A stretch of DNA of 64,000 nucleotides from Chiloscyllium plagiosum (lineage: Eukaryota): NCBI RefSeq assembly GCF_004010195.1, contig NC_057718.1, positions 57,522,660 to 57,586,659 of the forward strand, written 5' to 3'. Position numbers and translations under genes: made by a program. The notes under the pieces were generated by a model, which was given only the letters and a program-made list of their open reading frames with translations, was not told the DNA's origin and did not search any database. Positions within the stretch are counted from its first letter, which is position 1; every line of letters starts with the position of its first letter. Shown here in pieces: positions 38,615 to 51,112 of this stretch.

Positions 38615-40633
38615 CTATTTAAGGGAAAAAGAAAATTGAAAACTGAAAGTCTCAGCCTGTGGTTGAATTTTTATTCCTGAATTCCAATAAATCCTTGAAA
38701 TGCTGTAGTGGCAGTGACCATGGGTCAATTGTGAGTTAGCAATTGTTGTAAAGATAATTACTGCAACAACTGAATATAATAAAGACAGGAGCACCCAATT
38801 TGGAAACTATGGAACTGATAGTGCTGATTTGTCAGCAAAAAAGAAAAGAATATTTCCTTCACATGTTTTCTCATGCTCTGGGCTATTCTTTACCAGTGAT
38901 CCATATGGCCTTCATAGCTTCACAATGACGCAACTCCAAAAAGATTGAAGTTCTGACACTTAAATCTTGCTCTATACTCAGTCCCTAGTAAGGATATAGG
39001 AAGGAGCGGGCCATTCAATCCATTGAGCATGGCTCATGGCTCATCAGCTGCCTCAATACCGCTGTACTGCATTATCTCCATGTCCCTTGTTGTGATTACA
39101 ATCCATTTCTGTCCTAAACAACCCTCAAAGATTGAGTTTTCGCAGCCCTCTAGAATTGAGAATTCCAAAGATTTATTACCTTCTAAGTGAATAAAATTCC
39201 TCCTTGTCTCAGTCTTAAATGCCCTACAATTTACCTGAGACTATATTCTCTGGTTCAAGACTCATCAGGCAGGGGAAATATCTTATCTATATCCAACCTG
39301 TCATGCCTTATAAAAACTTTGTAGGCATCAATGAGATCACCCCTTAATCTTTGAAACTGTTGAGAATACAGGGCCAATTTATTCAATCTCTCCTGATAAG
39401 ATAATCTGCTGATCCTGTGGCTTAGTCTGTTGTGTTCCCTCTATGGTATTATTTTCTCCTTCAGATAAAGAGATCAAAACCGTACAAAATGTTTTGGGTG
39501 CTTTCCGAATTGCTTGCTACACCTACATGCTAGCTTTTAGTGACTTGAGAAAAAGGACACCCAGGTCCATTTGGATATCAACGTTTCTCAGCTTTTCATT
39601 AGTTACGAAGTATGCTCTAATTTTTAATCTAAGTGGATAACTTCAGATACACTGTATTTCATATTATATTCCATCTGTGTATGCTTACCCATTCACACAG
39701 CCTATCCAAGTCCCATTGAAGTCTCCTTGCATCCCTCACACAATGCATGTTTCCACCTAGTTTCATCTCTTCAGCAAATTTGGAAATTATATTTATTCCT
39801 GTCAGTGACATCATTGACATAGAATGTTAACAGCTGTGGACCAAAGAATGATCCTTGTAGTACTCCACTAGTAACAGCCTGCCATTCTTAGAATGGCCCA
39901 TTTAAGCCTACACTGTTTTCTACCTGTTAACCAATTCTCAATCCATTCCTGTATATGACTCCAATCTTATGTGCCAAATTTGTTTACTAAACTTCAGTGC
40001 AGAACCTTATCAAATACCTGGAAATTAAAATACATTGCTGGTTCTCTATTATCTATATTGCAAATAATATCCTCAAAGAACTTCAGTAGGTTTTTCAAAC
40101 ATGATTTCTCTTTCATTAGTCTTTGTTGACTTTGCCAAAACATATCTTTTTTTTTGGTGTTCAGTTATCTCATTCTTTATCACCAATTCTAATATTTTTT
40201 CCAATACTAGTGTCAAAATAACAGGTCTGCAGTTCTCTATTTTCTCTCTTCCTCCATTCCTAAATAATGGAGTTACATTTTCTACATTCCAGTCTGCAGG
40301 AATCTTTCCATAATCTATAGAATTTTAAAAGATACCCATCAATACATCCATTATCTCTAAAGCCATCTTCTTAACCATACTTGGATGTGGCTCATCCAGT
40401 CCATGGACCTTCAATCCATTTTATATTTTGAGGAACACTTCTTTAATGATATTGATTTTATTTGACTACTCATTTTTAACAACAACTCTGATTCCTTGGT
40501 GTTTCTGGAAGGTTTACTGTATCTTTTTTCATGAAAACTGACATAAAGTACTTGCTTTGTTTCTCTGCCATTTATGTATTCTCCATTACAAATTCTCCTG
40601 CTTCCACTTGCAATGGACCCACATTTGTCTTTG

Positions 40634-40859
40634 GCAGAAGTGGGTACTGTAGATGCTGGAGATCAGAGTCAAGATTAAAGTGGCGCTGGAAAAGCACAGC
40701 AGATCAGGCAGCGTCTTAGGAGCAGGAAAATCGACGTTTCGGGCAAAAGCCCTTCATCAGGAATTCCTGATGAAAGGCTTTAGCCTGAAATGTCAATTTT
40801 CCTTCTCCTCAGATGCTGCCTGACCTGCTGTGCTTTTCCAGCACCACTCTAATCTTGAT
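40634..40859. mobile_element. 226-bp head-to-head inverted pLTR doublet with two hammerhead motifs and 15-bp TSD
   Basis: TSD ccacatttgtctttg at 40619-40633 and 40860-40874; arms about 40669-40760 and 40767-40858 centred on gaattc (40761-40766). Confidence 0.9.
40729..40766 (-). ncRNA. Minimal hammerhead motif (intact core), sense to EFEMP1 pre-mRNA
   Basis: Minus strand GAATTC CTGATGA A GGGC TTTT GCCC GAAA CG TC|GATT; predicted cleavage between 40733 and 40732. Confidence 0.75.
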
Positions 40860-41534
40860 CCACATTTGTCTTTGTTAATCTCTTTTCACATACCTAATGA
40901 AGCTTTTACAGTTCACCTTTGTTTCTCATTTTTGTCTTGCATTCATTTCCTCTTTTACCTTTATCAGTTTCTTAGTTATCCTTTGCAGGATTTTAAATTG
41001 CTCCCAATCTTCAGGCTTATTGATGTTTTTGGTTACCTAATAAGCCACTTCCTTTAATCCAGTGCTCCGTTGACTTATTTTCTTAGCCATTTGTTCAATG
41101 TTCCTGTTGCATGTCTTTTTAAAATTATAGATGCATATAGACATGTTACAGTCCATGTAATACTTACTTAAATATGAACTATTGTCTGTCTCTCAGCAAA
41201 TCTTTTAGTGTACTTTTCCAATCCACATAATCCACTTGCCTCTTTTAGATTCATGGTTTCCTTTGTTCAGATATTAAGAACCCCATTTCAGAATGAATTA
41301 TATCACTTGCAATATAAAATTTTATCATACTGTGTTCACTTTTTTCCCAAATGTTCCTTTCAGAAAGATTATCAATTAGCACTTTCTTATTACATATTTG
41401 ACATGATCTCATCTTTACTACTTTTCTTTATTGTAGAACACATGGAAAAGGATACTGCTTTAAACCAAGAAAACTGTGGAAGGAGATGTAGCAGTTTTAA
41501 TGCAATTACTGAACCCATTGTCTGTTATATTTAT

Positions 41535-41670
41535 GGTGTACTAAAGAAGGGTCACTGGGCCCAAAATAATAACTTTTCTCACCACAGATACTGTGATACC
41601 TGCTGAGTTTCTCCAGCAGTTTCTGTTTTTGTTTCAGATTTCCAGCATCCGCAGTTCTTTGTTTTATTTT
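41535..41670 (+). mobile_element. Decayed pLTR fragment (family of the 6878-10190 element) with degenerate hammerhead
   Basis: ctaaagaagggtcactgggcccaaaa...cctgctgagtttctccagcagtttctgtttttgtttcagatttccagcatccgcagttcttt. Confidence 0.7.
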
Positions 41671-44600
41671 ATTATATATTTACACTGTTGCCTTGCTCAA
41701 GCAGTGTGGGAGGATTGCTCATCAACACCATGCCTGTGTGTTTCAGGCAGTTTTGCTCAGAGATAGTCTGGTGTCTGAAATCAGGAATGGGTTAGGAATA
41801 ATCAGCATGACAACAACTCTGAGAGGCTGTTTATCTGCCCAGAAGTCAATGTGTGAACAATACAGGTGCAAAAGGACTCCAGACTCTAAAAGGACTGTAA
41901 CTCTCTCTCCTTGTGAAGAAGGAATGCAGAATTGGAAGATAGCTAGTTATTCTCACTCTTGATTTGCCCTTGAGCTGCCTCTAACTGGTGAAAAGCTGAA
42001 CGATTAGTATATCAACTGCCCTTTGCCTTCAGTAAAATACCTAAGAGACTTGGAAAGAAAAAGAGGTGAGATCAGAATGACTCAGAAGAAGCAAAAGGAC
42101 ACCACATTGAACCCTGTGGATTGGTGCAATTGAACCATGTTCTCTTTTTTGTTTTTCTCACCATCCGTAATACCAGAGCTTTTTTTTGTTTGTCGGTGTC
42201 CATGTGCCTCCATGTATAAGGATTTAGGAAGGATCAGAATTTAAGTTAAAGTGTTATAAGTTGATAAATTTTACTTTGTTTACCTGTGGTTAGATCTGAT
42301 TTATTTGTAATAAGTAGTAGTTTCTTGAATGATGTATTCGATGAATTGGCATTTGACAGCAAGTAAAATGAAAGATTTTGAATAATTTAATTAAAATCTT
42401 TCACTTTTGTGATCACTGCAGGCTTAGTGGAGCTTAAGTGTCATTATACTTTCCCAAGTTGGTCAGGACATATTACAAGATAACGTTAACATTTTGGATC
42501 ATTGATTTTCAGTACTGACTTGAAATCTTGACCCAACGAGGTGTTCTTCAAAGTGCTGTTCCAGAAACCATCCTCCACAGCAACATGATAGATTAGGTTT
42601 TGCCAGTCAATATGGAAATTAAAGTTGTCCTTTATTACTTCAAGTGATGCATATCACCATTTTCCCCTCAAACTTCAATGTTTATCAATCTGACAAGAAA
42701 GGCTGAGATCCAGGATTTTAATGATCCAACTTCATTTGACTTTCTTTACTCAGTTTCCTTCACAACAGCCATTCAGATTGAGAGACTGATTGACTTCTGT
42801 AGAAGAGCCTGACCCACAGGGCTAGGCTGAGGTGTCAATTGCAGAGATGGGTTCACTGACCACAGGAAGAAAAGCAGATCACTGCTGGTTAGTTTGGGAT
42901 GCTGGGAGTGGAGGTAGCATCCTTTGTGAGGCTGCGCTCAATTTTACAAATACAAATTACTGTTACATTAAACAAGAGCAAAATTCAGCAAATGCAAGAA
43001 CCCTGAATTATAAATGTATAGTACTCTAAAACACTCAGAGGACTGGCAGCTTATATGGAGCCTGAAACAAATATAGTATTTCTAGTTGATGATCTTTTAT
43101 TTTTATATGCTTTCTATGTACTAATTTCAACAATTTCAGTCCTTAGTTGTATGGGTCTTTACACTACTGAAAATATAGATGTGGAACACACAGATTGATG
43201 GCATGTGGTGTAATAATGTGTCAATGACCATTGTAATGACACTAGTTCATGATAAATATTACAGCATTGAACTAAGAACAGGAAAACATTAATTAAAAGT
43301 TACATACTAACACAGCCAACATCTGGAGAGAGAAAAACGAAAGAGTAGTTTGGAATCATTTCGACCATCAGAACTGAAATTAAAATGTGAACAAGACATG
43401 TTTTCAATCTTTCTTTCCCCTTAGTTCTCTTTCTGCATCTGATTTAGTTGAACAAACCCTCCTCATTCACCCTCTTCCTCCTTAAACTTTTTGATTCTGA
43501 AATTTTATTGTATAATGAGTCACACTGTTGGTTTGATTAGTCACCAATTCTCAGACCTCCCCACTGACCCCAACACACACACACACAGCAACTATCTGGA
43601 CAAAATGTTTCAAAATAAAATGTCTAACTAATGGGACAGATTGAGAATTTTTCACAATGCACTATCTGGCCCAATTAATATGTTTACAAATTATTTTTAA
43701 CAAATTCTTTGAAAATTTATTTCTATACTGTTGTACACGATAATGATTCTGAAAGGGTTAATATTGGAAACCACACACAATCTAATTTTGCCATGTTGCC
43801 TTGGGTGGGATGACAGAAAATCTTAGGACCTTATGAACTGCAGACTTATATTCAAAGTCTTAATAACAGTACCTAATGAACTAATGTAACTTGTGCTTTT
43901 CTGATATCATGCAATAAACTACATCCTGTTAAGACAACAGCATCTTCTTCTTCAGGCATAATTATGGTTGATCCTCAACAATAGAAACCAATCAGTTCTT
44001 TGGTCCCAGTCAAAGGAAAGAAGATTGGTGATCTCGTCCTCATACCTACAAATACCACACATATTATTTACAAATTAATCTGATGTGTATATATTTAATG
44101 CTATGAAAGAGATGTGATAATTGAAATAGGATGTAATATCAATACCTGAATGATAATCAGTAATAATTTTTTTTAGAAATCAAGAGAGACTTCTTTACTC
44201 AAACATCAATTAGAATGAAAAACTTGGTATTGCAAGGAGCAATTGAGGCAAATGTTATATATAGGAAGAAAAGAATAAAACATATTGCTAGTAGAATGAT
44301 TTGAAGTACAGTGGAATATAAACACAGGTATAGAATAGTTGAGCCAATATTGAGCATAGCTGCTGTAATTCTGATTAATTTGATTAAATAATTTTGTATG
44401 GCTTTGAAAAATTTAGCAATTTTGGCTGTTCAGCTTTGTGTTGATTACTCAGTGATAATTAGCAGCTTTTATTGCTGACCCAGTGAATACAATCACTTTT
44501 GAGATGTTAGTATTTTGTCAGTTGAACATTAGAATCTACCAGCCTGGTAAGTTAATGTGTAATAAATTATCAAAGCTGATGTTTGACATTTTTAAGGATT

Positions 44601-44743
44601 TATGGTGTCTTTGAGGTGCACTGCTTTGAGGCAATTATTAGAAGCAAGCTTAATGCAAGTCACAATTTTAGATTTTCAACATCCAAATATGATGTAGCTT
44701 TTCCAATATAAGAAAGAAGAAATTGTTGCTTGGGTTACCATAC

Positions 44744-44863
44744 CTTGGCACATCCTGGAACCCAGGAGTTTGTATCCTTCAGGACAGAGGCATGAGTATC
44801 GTCCTGGTTCATTTATACATTGGTACTGACACATGTAGCTCGAGTAGGCACATTCATCAACAT
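44744..44863 (-). CDS. EFEMP1: Fibulin-3 cbEGF exon (120 bp; human exon 9 equivalent)
   Basis: ggcag / gtatgg; (D)[39 protein letters not shown]; phase 1-1. Confidence 0.97.
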
Positions 44864-46000
44864 CTGCCATTATAAAAGATAATTTTATAACTTGTAAAAA
44901 AATCATACAATTTGCAGCATAAGTTAATATTTTCTTGCCAATGATGCCTGGACACAAATATTTGCAGAAAATGTCTTTGGAATTTATTGCATGTAATAAT
45001 TTACATGTAATAATTTATTATGTGTAAATTCTTCAAAATTTCTTGAAACATTGAGAAATACAGTGTGACCAGAATGAGAACTGAATTTATTCATACCAAA
45101 CTGGCATGGAATATATTCTGTATTTGGACATAGTGAGATCGTTACTATGTACCTAACTATAGTATACATCATCTGGCACTATGTAGTCTTGCAATGGATA
45201 ACCGAAGTAGAAAATTCCAACTTTCATCAATGACATCTTGGCATTTTAGTAAAGTTTAATCAAAGCAATGAAATATTTAATGAATAACAAAATCATTAAT
45301 GAACACAAACATGCTGAATTCTGCTAAGTTCCACTTGCAGATACAATGCTTGAGTGCTTATATGGTTACATGGTTATTTATGGATCTTTCCCATAGATGG
45401 CGCGTAAAATAACTGTAGTGTCCTTCAGATGCATTAAGTGAATTCGTTGAGCTGTTGGCAATATTGGAAATACAGTTGAATTTTAGTAGCTCTCCAGGGT
45501 TAGACTGGGAAGTCTGTTTACCTGCCAGTGCACCATTGTGTCACTGGAGGGAAAAATGGCAGATTACTCTCCTGCCAAAGCCCAATTGAGCTATTCATGT
45601 GACCAATTTAGGCCCTCCTTTCATTGTTGATAGCATTTTACAAGTGACTGGTGGACCCTCCACTGCATGGACAAATATCAGGTGATCTCTAGTGGGCTTC
45701 TGGCAGGCCCTAAATGGGATATCCTTTTTGACCCATAGAGGGACACCTCCATTGAAAAATAGTTGCACATGGTATCAATGCTTGAGAATCTTCCAAGTGA
45801 AGATTCTACCCAATGTCATTGTATATTTAGCGCCAAAATTGGACTCTATGTAATGCTAAATAGCACAAGCAATTTTGTTATTGATTATCAACATTATTAA
45901 ATGGCCAAAATGATAACATATTAACAAAACAGGAGAAAATAAAACTGTTGCACATTTGTTACAAATTATCCTAAATAATGAAAGAGCATTCACTAATTAC

Positions 46001-46120
46001 CTCTGCATGTAACTTTGTCAGGATTTAACTCATATCCTTGGTCACACTGGCAGATGAATGAACCGACGATATTAAAGCATTGGTGATCACACGGGGCACT
46101 TGTCTCACACTCATTAATAT
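46001..46120 (-). CDS. EFEMP1: Fibulin-3 cbEGF exon (120 bp; human exon 8 equivalent)
   Basis: cccctttag / gtaatt; (D)[39 protein letters not shown]; missed by the ORF track. Confidence 0.96.
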
Positions 46121-47839
46121 CTAAAGGGGAAATGGAAATATATTTAAAACATTAACTCTGTTTCTTTCTCCATAGTTGTTGTCAGACTTGCAGGGTTTCG
46201 CCAGCATTTTCTTTGTTTGTTTAATTCCTATCTGTCTAGGTGCTGTTCCAAAATATACCTTGCCTTACATTGAAGCCAAAATTGCTTCAGTATCATGTAA
46301 AATATACAACATATATCACAATGGTCTGAATTCTACCTTTACTGCTTCACCAGACATTTGCCGAAGAAACTGTTCTTTACTCACCCACCTCACACGTACA
46401 ACTGGGCAGGTCACGGCAGCCATCTTTAATAGTGATGTCCCTTTTCTCATTAGGAATATGCATACTATTTTTAAAGGCACATTTACACCGACTGACTTTC
46501 AGGCCTTTCATGGAATTCTTTCCTAGTACCTTTATATCCATCCAAGTATAATTTGATTAATATAATTTAAGAAGGCAGTGTAGTTATGAACATGGAGGGT
46601 ACTGAGTGGACGTTATACCCTCCTTTGATGGTGAGGCAGTGTGACTGATGGGGAGCTTTCCAGTGCAAATGTAATTTCAGATCAAGATGAAAGTCACTCT
46701 GGAAAAGCTTGACCTGGAAGTGGCACACCAACGTCAAACAATGCAGTTTACCCATTGAGTAGCATAGTTTCCTTGGATGGTAATGGACTACAGTGGCTTT
46801 CAGATCTGGATGAAGTTGCAACCATTGTACATTTTTTTATGGAGCCACTTGAAGTGACGAAGTATCCTAACAGAGAGGGAACACGATTTGTGGGAGTCAT
46901 GATAACCGTGCAGAGATTTTAAGCCAATGTTAACATGGACACTTTTATCTAATGTTCCCCTGAGACTTTTTTTTCTTCAAAGCAGTCAATACTTTACATA
47001 AACAGTAGACTTTCATTCCACTTGAGTAAGTTCTGACACTTTTTTGAATATTGCAGGAAATTATTACATTTTTCAAAGGATTGCTGACTGTTACATTTGG
47101 CACACAAAACCTCTCCACTTTAAATAGAGATTAGCATTCATAACAGTGTACATTCAGACTGGGATACCCTAAAGAGAAAGAAAGCCAAGTGTTAATTTAT
47201 CCAGTCTATTTATCCAGAACAGTCCACGAGGCACAGTAACAATCTCCAGATTCCCTCAGGTTCTGCCTGAAATATTGTTTCATTTATTTTGATTTTTCCT
47301 TAGTAGCACTGAATTGTCAGTTTAAGAAAACAGTTTTTATAGGTGTCCAATGAAAATATCTACTGTAAAGTACAGAATGCAATACAGTAATCAAGGTCAA
47401 ATCTGTGTTTACTCCTAAAGGAAAAAGCCAAAATCTAAAGATTGACTTGACATCCCTCAGCCAGAGGCAAGTAACAATAAAGCATCTGTTAAGAATGCTC
47501 TATGAAGAAGTTTGCTCTTTCCAAATTCTCTTCTGGACTCACTAAGGTTCAGTCTCATAAGCCCTGAGATTCATCCAGGACCTACCCAAATGGCCATGTT
47601 TCAGCTAAAAGTGTCGGCACTGGCCCAGATTTTCCTTGGTGCCTCACCTACTCCACCACTTGTGGAAATACGATGCAGACTCTGTCAATGTGATAACTGG
47701 AGTCCCTACTATGCATTTGGTAGAGTTAGGATGACAGAGTGGAAGCAGCTCCCAAGAAATTCTAGACCATTGATCCTTGGTGAACAACATGTTCACAGTG
47801 ATATGTCTGCCAAATTGTGCCCTGTTAGCACATGTGTAT

Positions 47840-48056
47840 AACAGATGGCACTGAACTGCAGTCAGGAGTGAGGAGTCGAGCTATTTTATTCCATTCTCAG
47901 GCCAGTGGTCCTGAGGCTAACTAAAAATGCCGTATTGTCATCCAGCATGAATTAACTGGAATCCAGATTTCTGATTGAACCCCTGGTATTCCAGATCTTT
48001 ATGGCTCAGTGCCATGACTGGCAATGCAATTACTCAGTAAGCCATCAGGGGAGCTA
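47840..48056 (-). mobile_element. Old tRNA-like SINE remnant (unclassified)
   Basis: Minus strand begins AGCTCCCCTGATGGCTTACTGAG, with B-box-like GGGTTCAATC. Confidence 0.4.
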
Positions 48057-48659
48057 ATTAGAAGTTCTTATTACATTACACTTTTAACATAAAGACAGCT
48101 TGTTTCATATGCCTACACGAGAATTTTTTTTTTTTTAAGTGGAATTACTGGAACACCAAGAATTACTATGACCTGTGGCTTTAGGCCAACCTGGCAAACA
48201 CAAGTAGGAAAGCATTTCCGTGGGGTATTGCTCACAGTGTAAGAAAGCAGTTCAAAATTACTCTGGTATAGTGACTGCCAGTTTCTAATGATGTCACTAT
48301 GGAGGTTGAAAGATTCCTTATTGTTGAAGTGACTGAATAAACGTTCAAAGAACAGAACTTCGCCCTAACTTTAGGTTACATGTGAATCAATAGACAGTGT
48401 ATTCCATTCAACGGTATAAATGGCTGTGTATCTTTACAGAGTGAAGGAGAGGGAGGACCTAGGAGAATTAAAATGAAATATTCTGTAAAACCTTAATTAT
48501 GTTTTTAAATGTAAGAGAGACACTTTTAAAATAATCTTACGGTAAATGAAAACAGACGGAAAAGCTTCCTTATACTAATACTGAAGTCACTGTAGGTGAT
48601 TCTTTTATAGTTTTCTGCACGGTATCCTGAAACTTTGAGTAGGAACAGTGGATGCTTAC

Positions 48660-48779
48660 CTCGACATGTGCGATTATTGCTTGCCAGCTGAAAACCTGTG
48701 TTGCACTGACAGTAATAGGAACCGGGTGTGTTGACACATCCATGATGGCAATAGGTGACTATGTTACATTCATCAATGT
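48660..48779 (-). CDS. EFEMP1: Fibulin-3 cbEGF exon (120 bp; human exon 7 equivalent)
   Basis: atgcag / gtaagc; (D)[39 protein letters not shown]. Confidence 0.97.
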
Positions 48780-50067
48780 CTGCATAATCATTGAAAAATA
48801 CATTACACAACTGCTCATATTTAAGAAAATCATTGCCAGACACCCAAAATGATTAATGCCAAGGGCCATTGCCCAATGATGTAATATTATCACAGTAAGG
48901 TTGCTTTTCTCCCCCTGTTTAAAGTCATATTTTATTGTTAACACTTGGATCCATTCTGTCTTTAGTAAGTTACCTACTAATCTTCAGCAGAACCCAAAAG
49001 CTGCAGTCTGGTAGCAATTTGAATTTGGTTATTTCCTTTTTCATTTCAAACTATATTAGTGCTGAACAAACACATTTATAACAGGGGTATTAGGCCATTG
49101 GATTAGTCAGCCCAGCAGCAGCCGTATTGCTAACTATAGATATGATAAAATCATTTTACCAGAGTTTTGAGATGAAATCAGTCACTTCCTCAAGCTATGT
49201 TGAAACTTTACATCAGCGTTTATCATTTAATGTTGACATGGCAATTTTCAGAATATGTAAGGCCAATATACACTGACTCACTTTATTGGTCGGCCTTTCT
49301 GTTATACTACAGTAATATCTGTGGTGCTTTTTTTTTAATGAACATAGGAACATGTAACTTAGGAGCCAAGTGCATTTTGCCATTCAATATTGTAATATAT
49401 TGTGGTCTCAATTCCATTTTCCTGCCTCCTCATCCAACCTGTCAAGTCTCCTCAGGACCTTTTAATGTCTTATTTATAATAGATATAAATCCAAATGTCC
49501 AACATTTCCTCATTTGTCTTAGGAATCAGTCAAGTGAACCATCTTGGGCTGCTTTTAATGTAGTTATCTCTTGATGTGATTTTGTAGTGGCTTGCTACAT
49601 TGAGAGATTTGCTTCCTTCAGTAGACAGTTATAAGTCAACCAAAATGGTATGGGACTAGGTTGGGCAATGTTGCAAAGTTATCTTAAGTAAAGGACAGCA
49701 GGGACATATCTGAATTTATTGTTACTAGCTTTTGATTTTAATATTTTCTAAAAATACCCAAATTGTCAAACAGGCATAGCAACATTAAGATATGAGGTTC
49801 TATTTTTGTATCCAGTTAGATTTGTGAGGATGAGAAGTTAAAATTTAACAATCTAAAATCTGATTCCAATCTACTTCCCCAATTCCTGGTTTAATTATGT
49901 GTGACAGAAGCAGTCCGCAGTTAGGTTGGCCGGCAATTTAAATTATTCAATATATAAGAAGTCTGTTGAGCTCGGACTTAACCTGTTTAAAGGTGTGACT
50001 GTGATCAGTTAGGTTTCAGAGACCTGGGGAAACCTCAGAGTGACAAATCAAGTTCATTAACAGCTTT

Positions 50068-50201
50068 GTAGGAGCAAATTACTGCAGATGCTGGAATCTA
50101 CACTGAACACAACAAATGCTGGAGATCACAGCAGGTCAGACAATATCCATGGAGACAGAGCAAGCTAATGTTTCCAGTTTAGATTACTTTTCATCAGAGC
50201 T
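50068..50201 (-). mobile_element. Older pLTR fragment with partly decayed hammerhead at 50163-50201
   Basis: Minus strand AGCT CTGATGA aaagtaatctaaactg GAAA CATT AGCT. Confidence 0.7.
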
Positions 50202-50802
50202 AACTCTAACCACCTGATTACTATCTGTGCCTCCCCTTCAACCTTCCCCTATGCAACTTCTCAACTCCTAGCGAGATCAACCATGAAGTATTGAATTGTG
50301 GACAATGCTCAATGAGCCGAACAGCTTGCTCCTGCTTGTGTTTCCGATATTCTTGAATTTGTATGTTTTCCGAGCCTCAGGAAACCTGACAGCTGAAAGG
50401 AGGTTAGGATTGCTGCATGTAAGTGATAAGTACTTCTTGCCACTACTTTTCGGCTGAGGAGGAGGTGTTCTTTTCCCTAGGACTCATCATCTTCAGTTAT
50501 TTCCCCCTGCCCTGCAACTATGATCCTCAGCTCACCAGAGGATCTCCATGATACATCAGTTTATTTCCTTCATGCCCTCCCCAGATCCCTTGCTATCTCC
50601 TCACTTTCTCCCCCAATCTTGCCTGCCCATCTGACCATGACCCTCGCTCCCTTAAACTTTGTGACTTTTCCAGTGATGCACCCACACCTTCCTTGATCTC
50701 TTACTCCCTTCTCTTAACTTCCTAGCATCTAACATACTACCAGCCACCCAACCTGACTAGCTGCAGCCAGAAAGTAGAATGTAAAAACTGTAATTATAGT
50801 TC

Positions 50803-51112
50803 ACAGAATCCCTACAGTGTGAAAGCAGGCCATTCAGCCCATCGAGTCTATACTAATCCTCCGAAGAGCATCCCACCCAGACCCAATCCCTATCCTATCC
50901 TTGTAACCCTGTATTTCCCTAACACTGAACACTATGGACAATTTAGCATGGCCAAACCACCTAACCTGTACATCTTTGGACTGTGGGAAGAAACCCACAG
51001 AGAAACAGGGAGAATGTGCAAACTTAACACCAATAGTCACCCAAAGGTGGAATCAAACCTGGTCCCTGCTGCTGTGAGGCAGCAGTACTCACGACTAAGC
51101 CACTGTGCCACC
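50803..51112 (-). mobile_element. HE1-like V-SINE
   Basis: Homologous to 22498-22817. Confidence 0.85.

Larger units (their letters stand above)
38990..41400 (-). mobile_element. Old, decayed CR1 LINE (ORF2 to tail)
   Basis: Reverse complement parallels 1560-3292 (for example ggagtactacaaggatcattctttggtcc, tttgctgaagagatgaaactagg). Confidence 0.75.

Noticed and set aside
41686..42470. LTR-like segment (also 33720-34560)
   Set aside because: TG...CA ends are ambiguous and no TSD or primer-binding site was found
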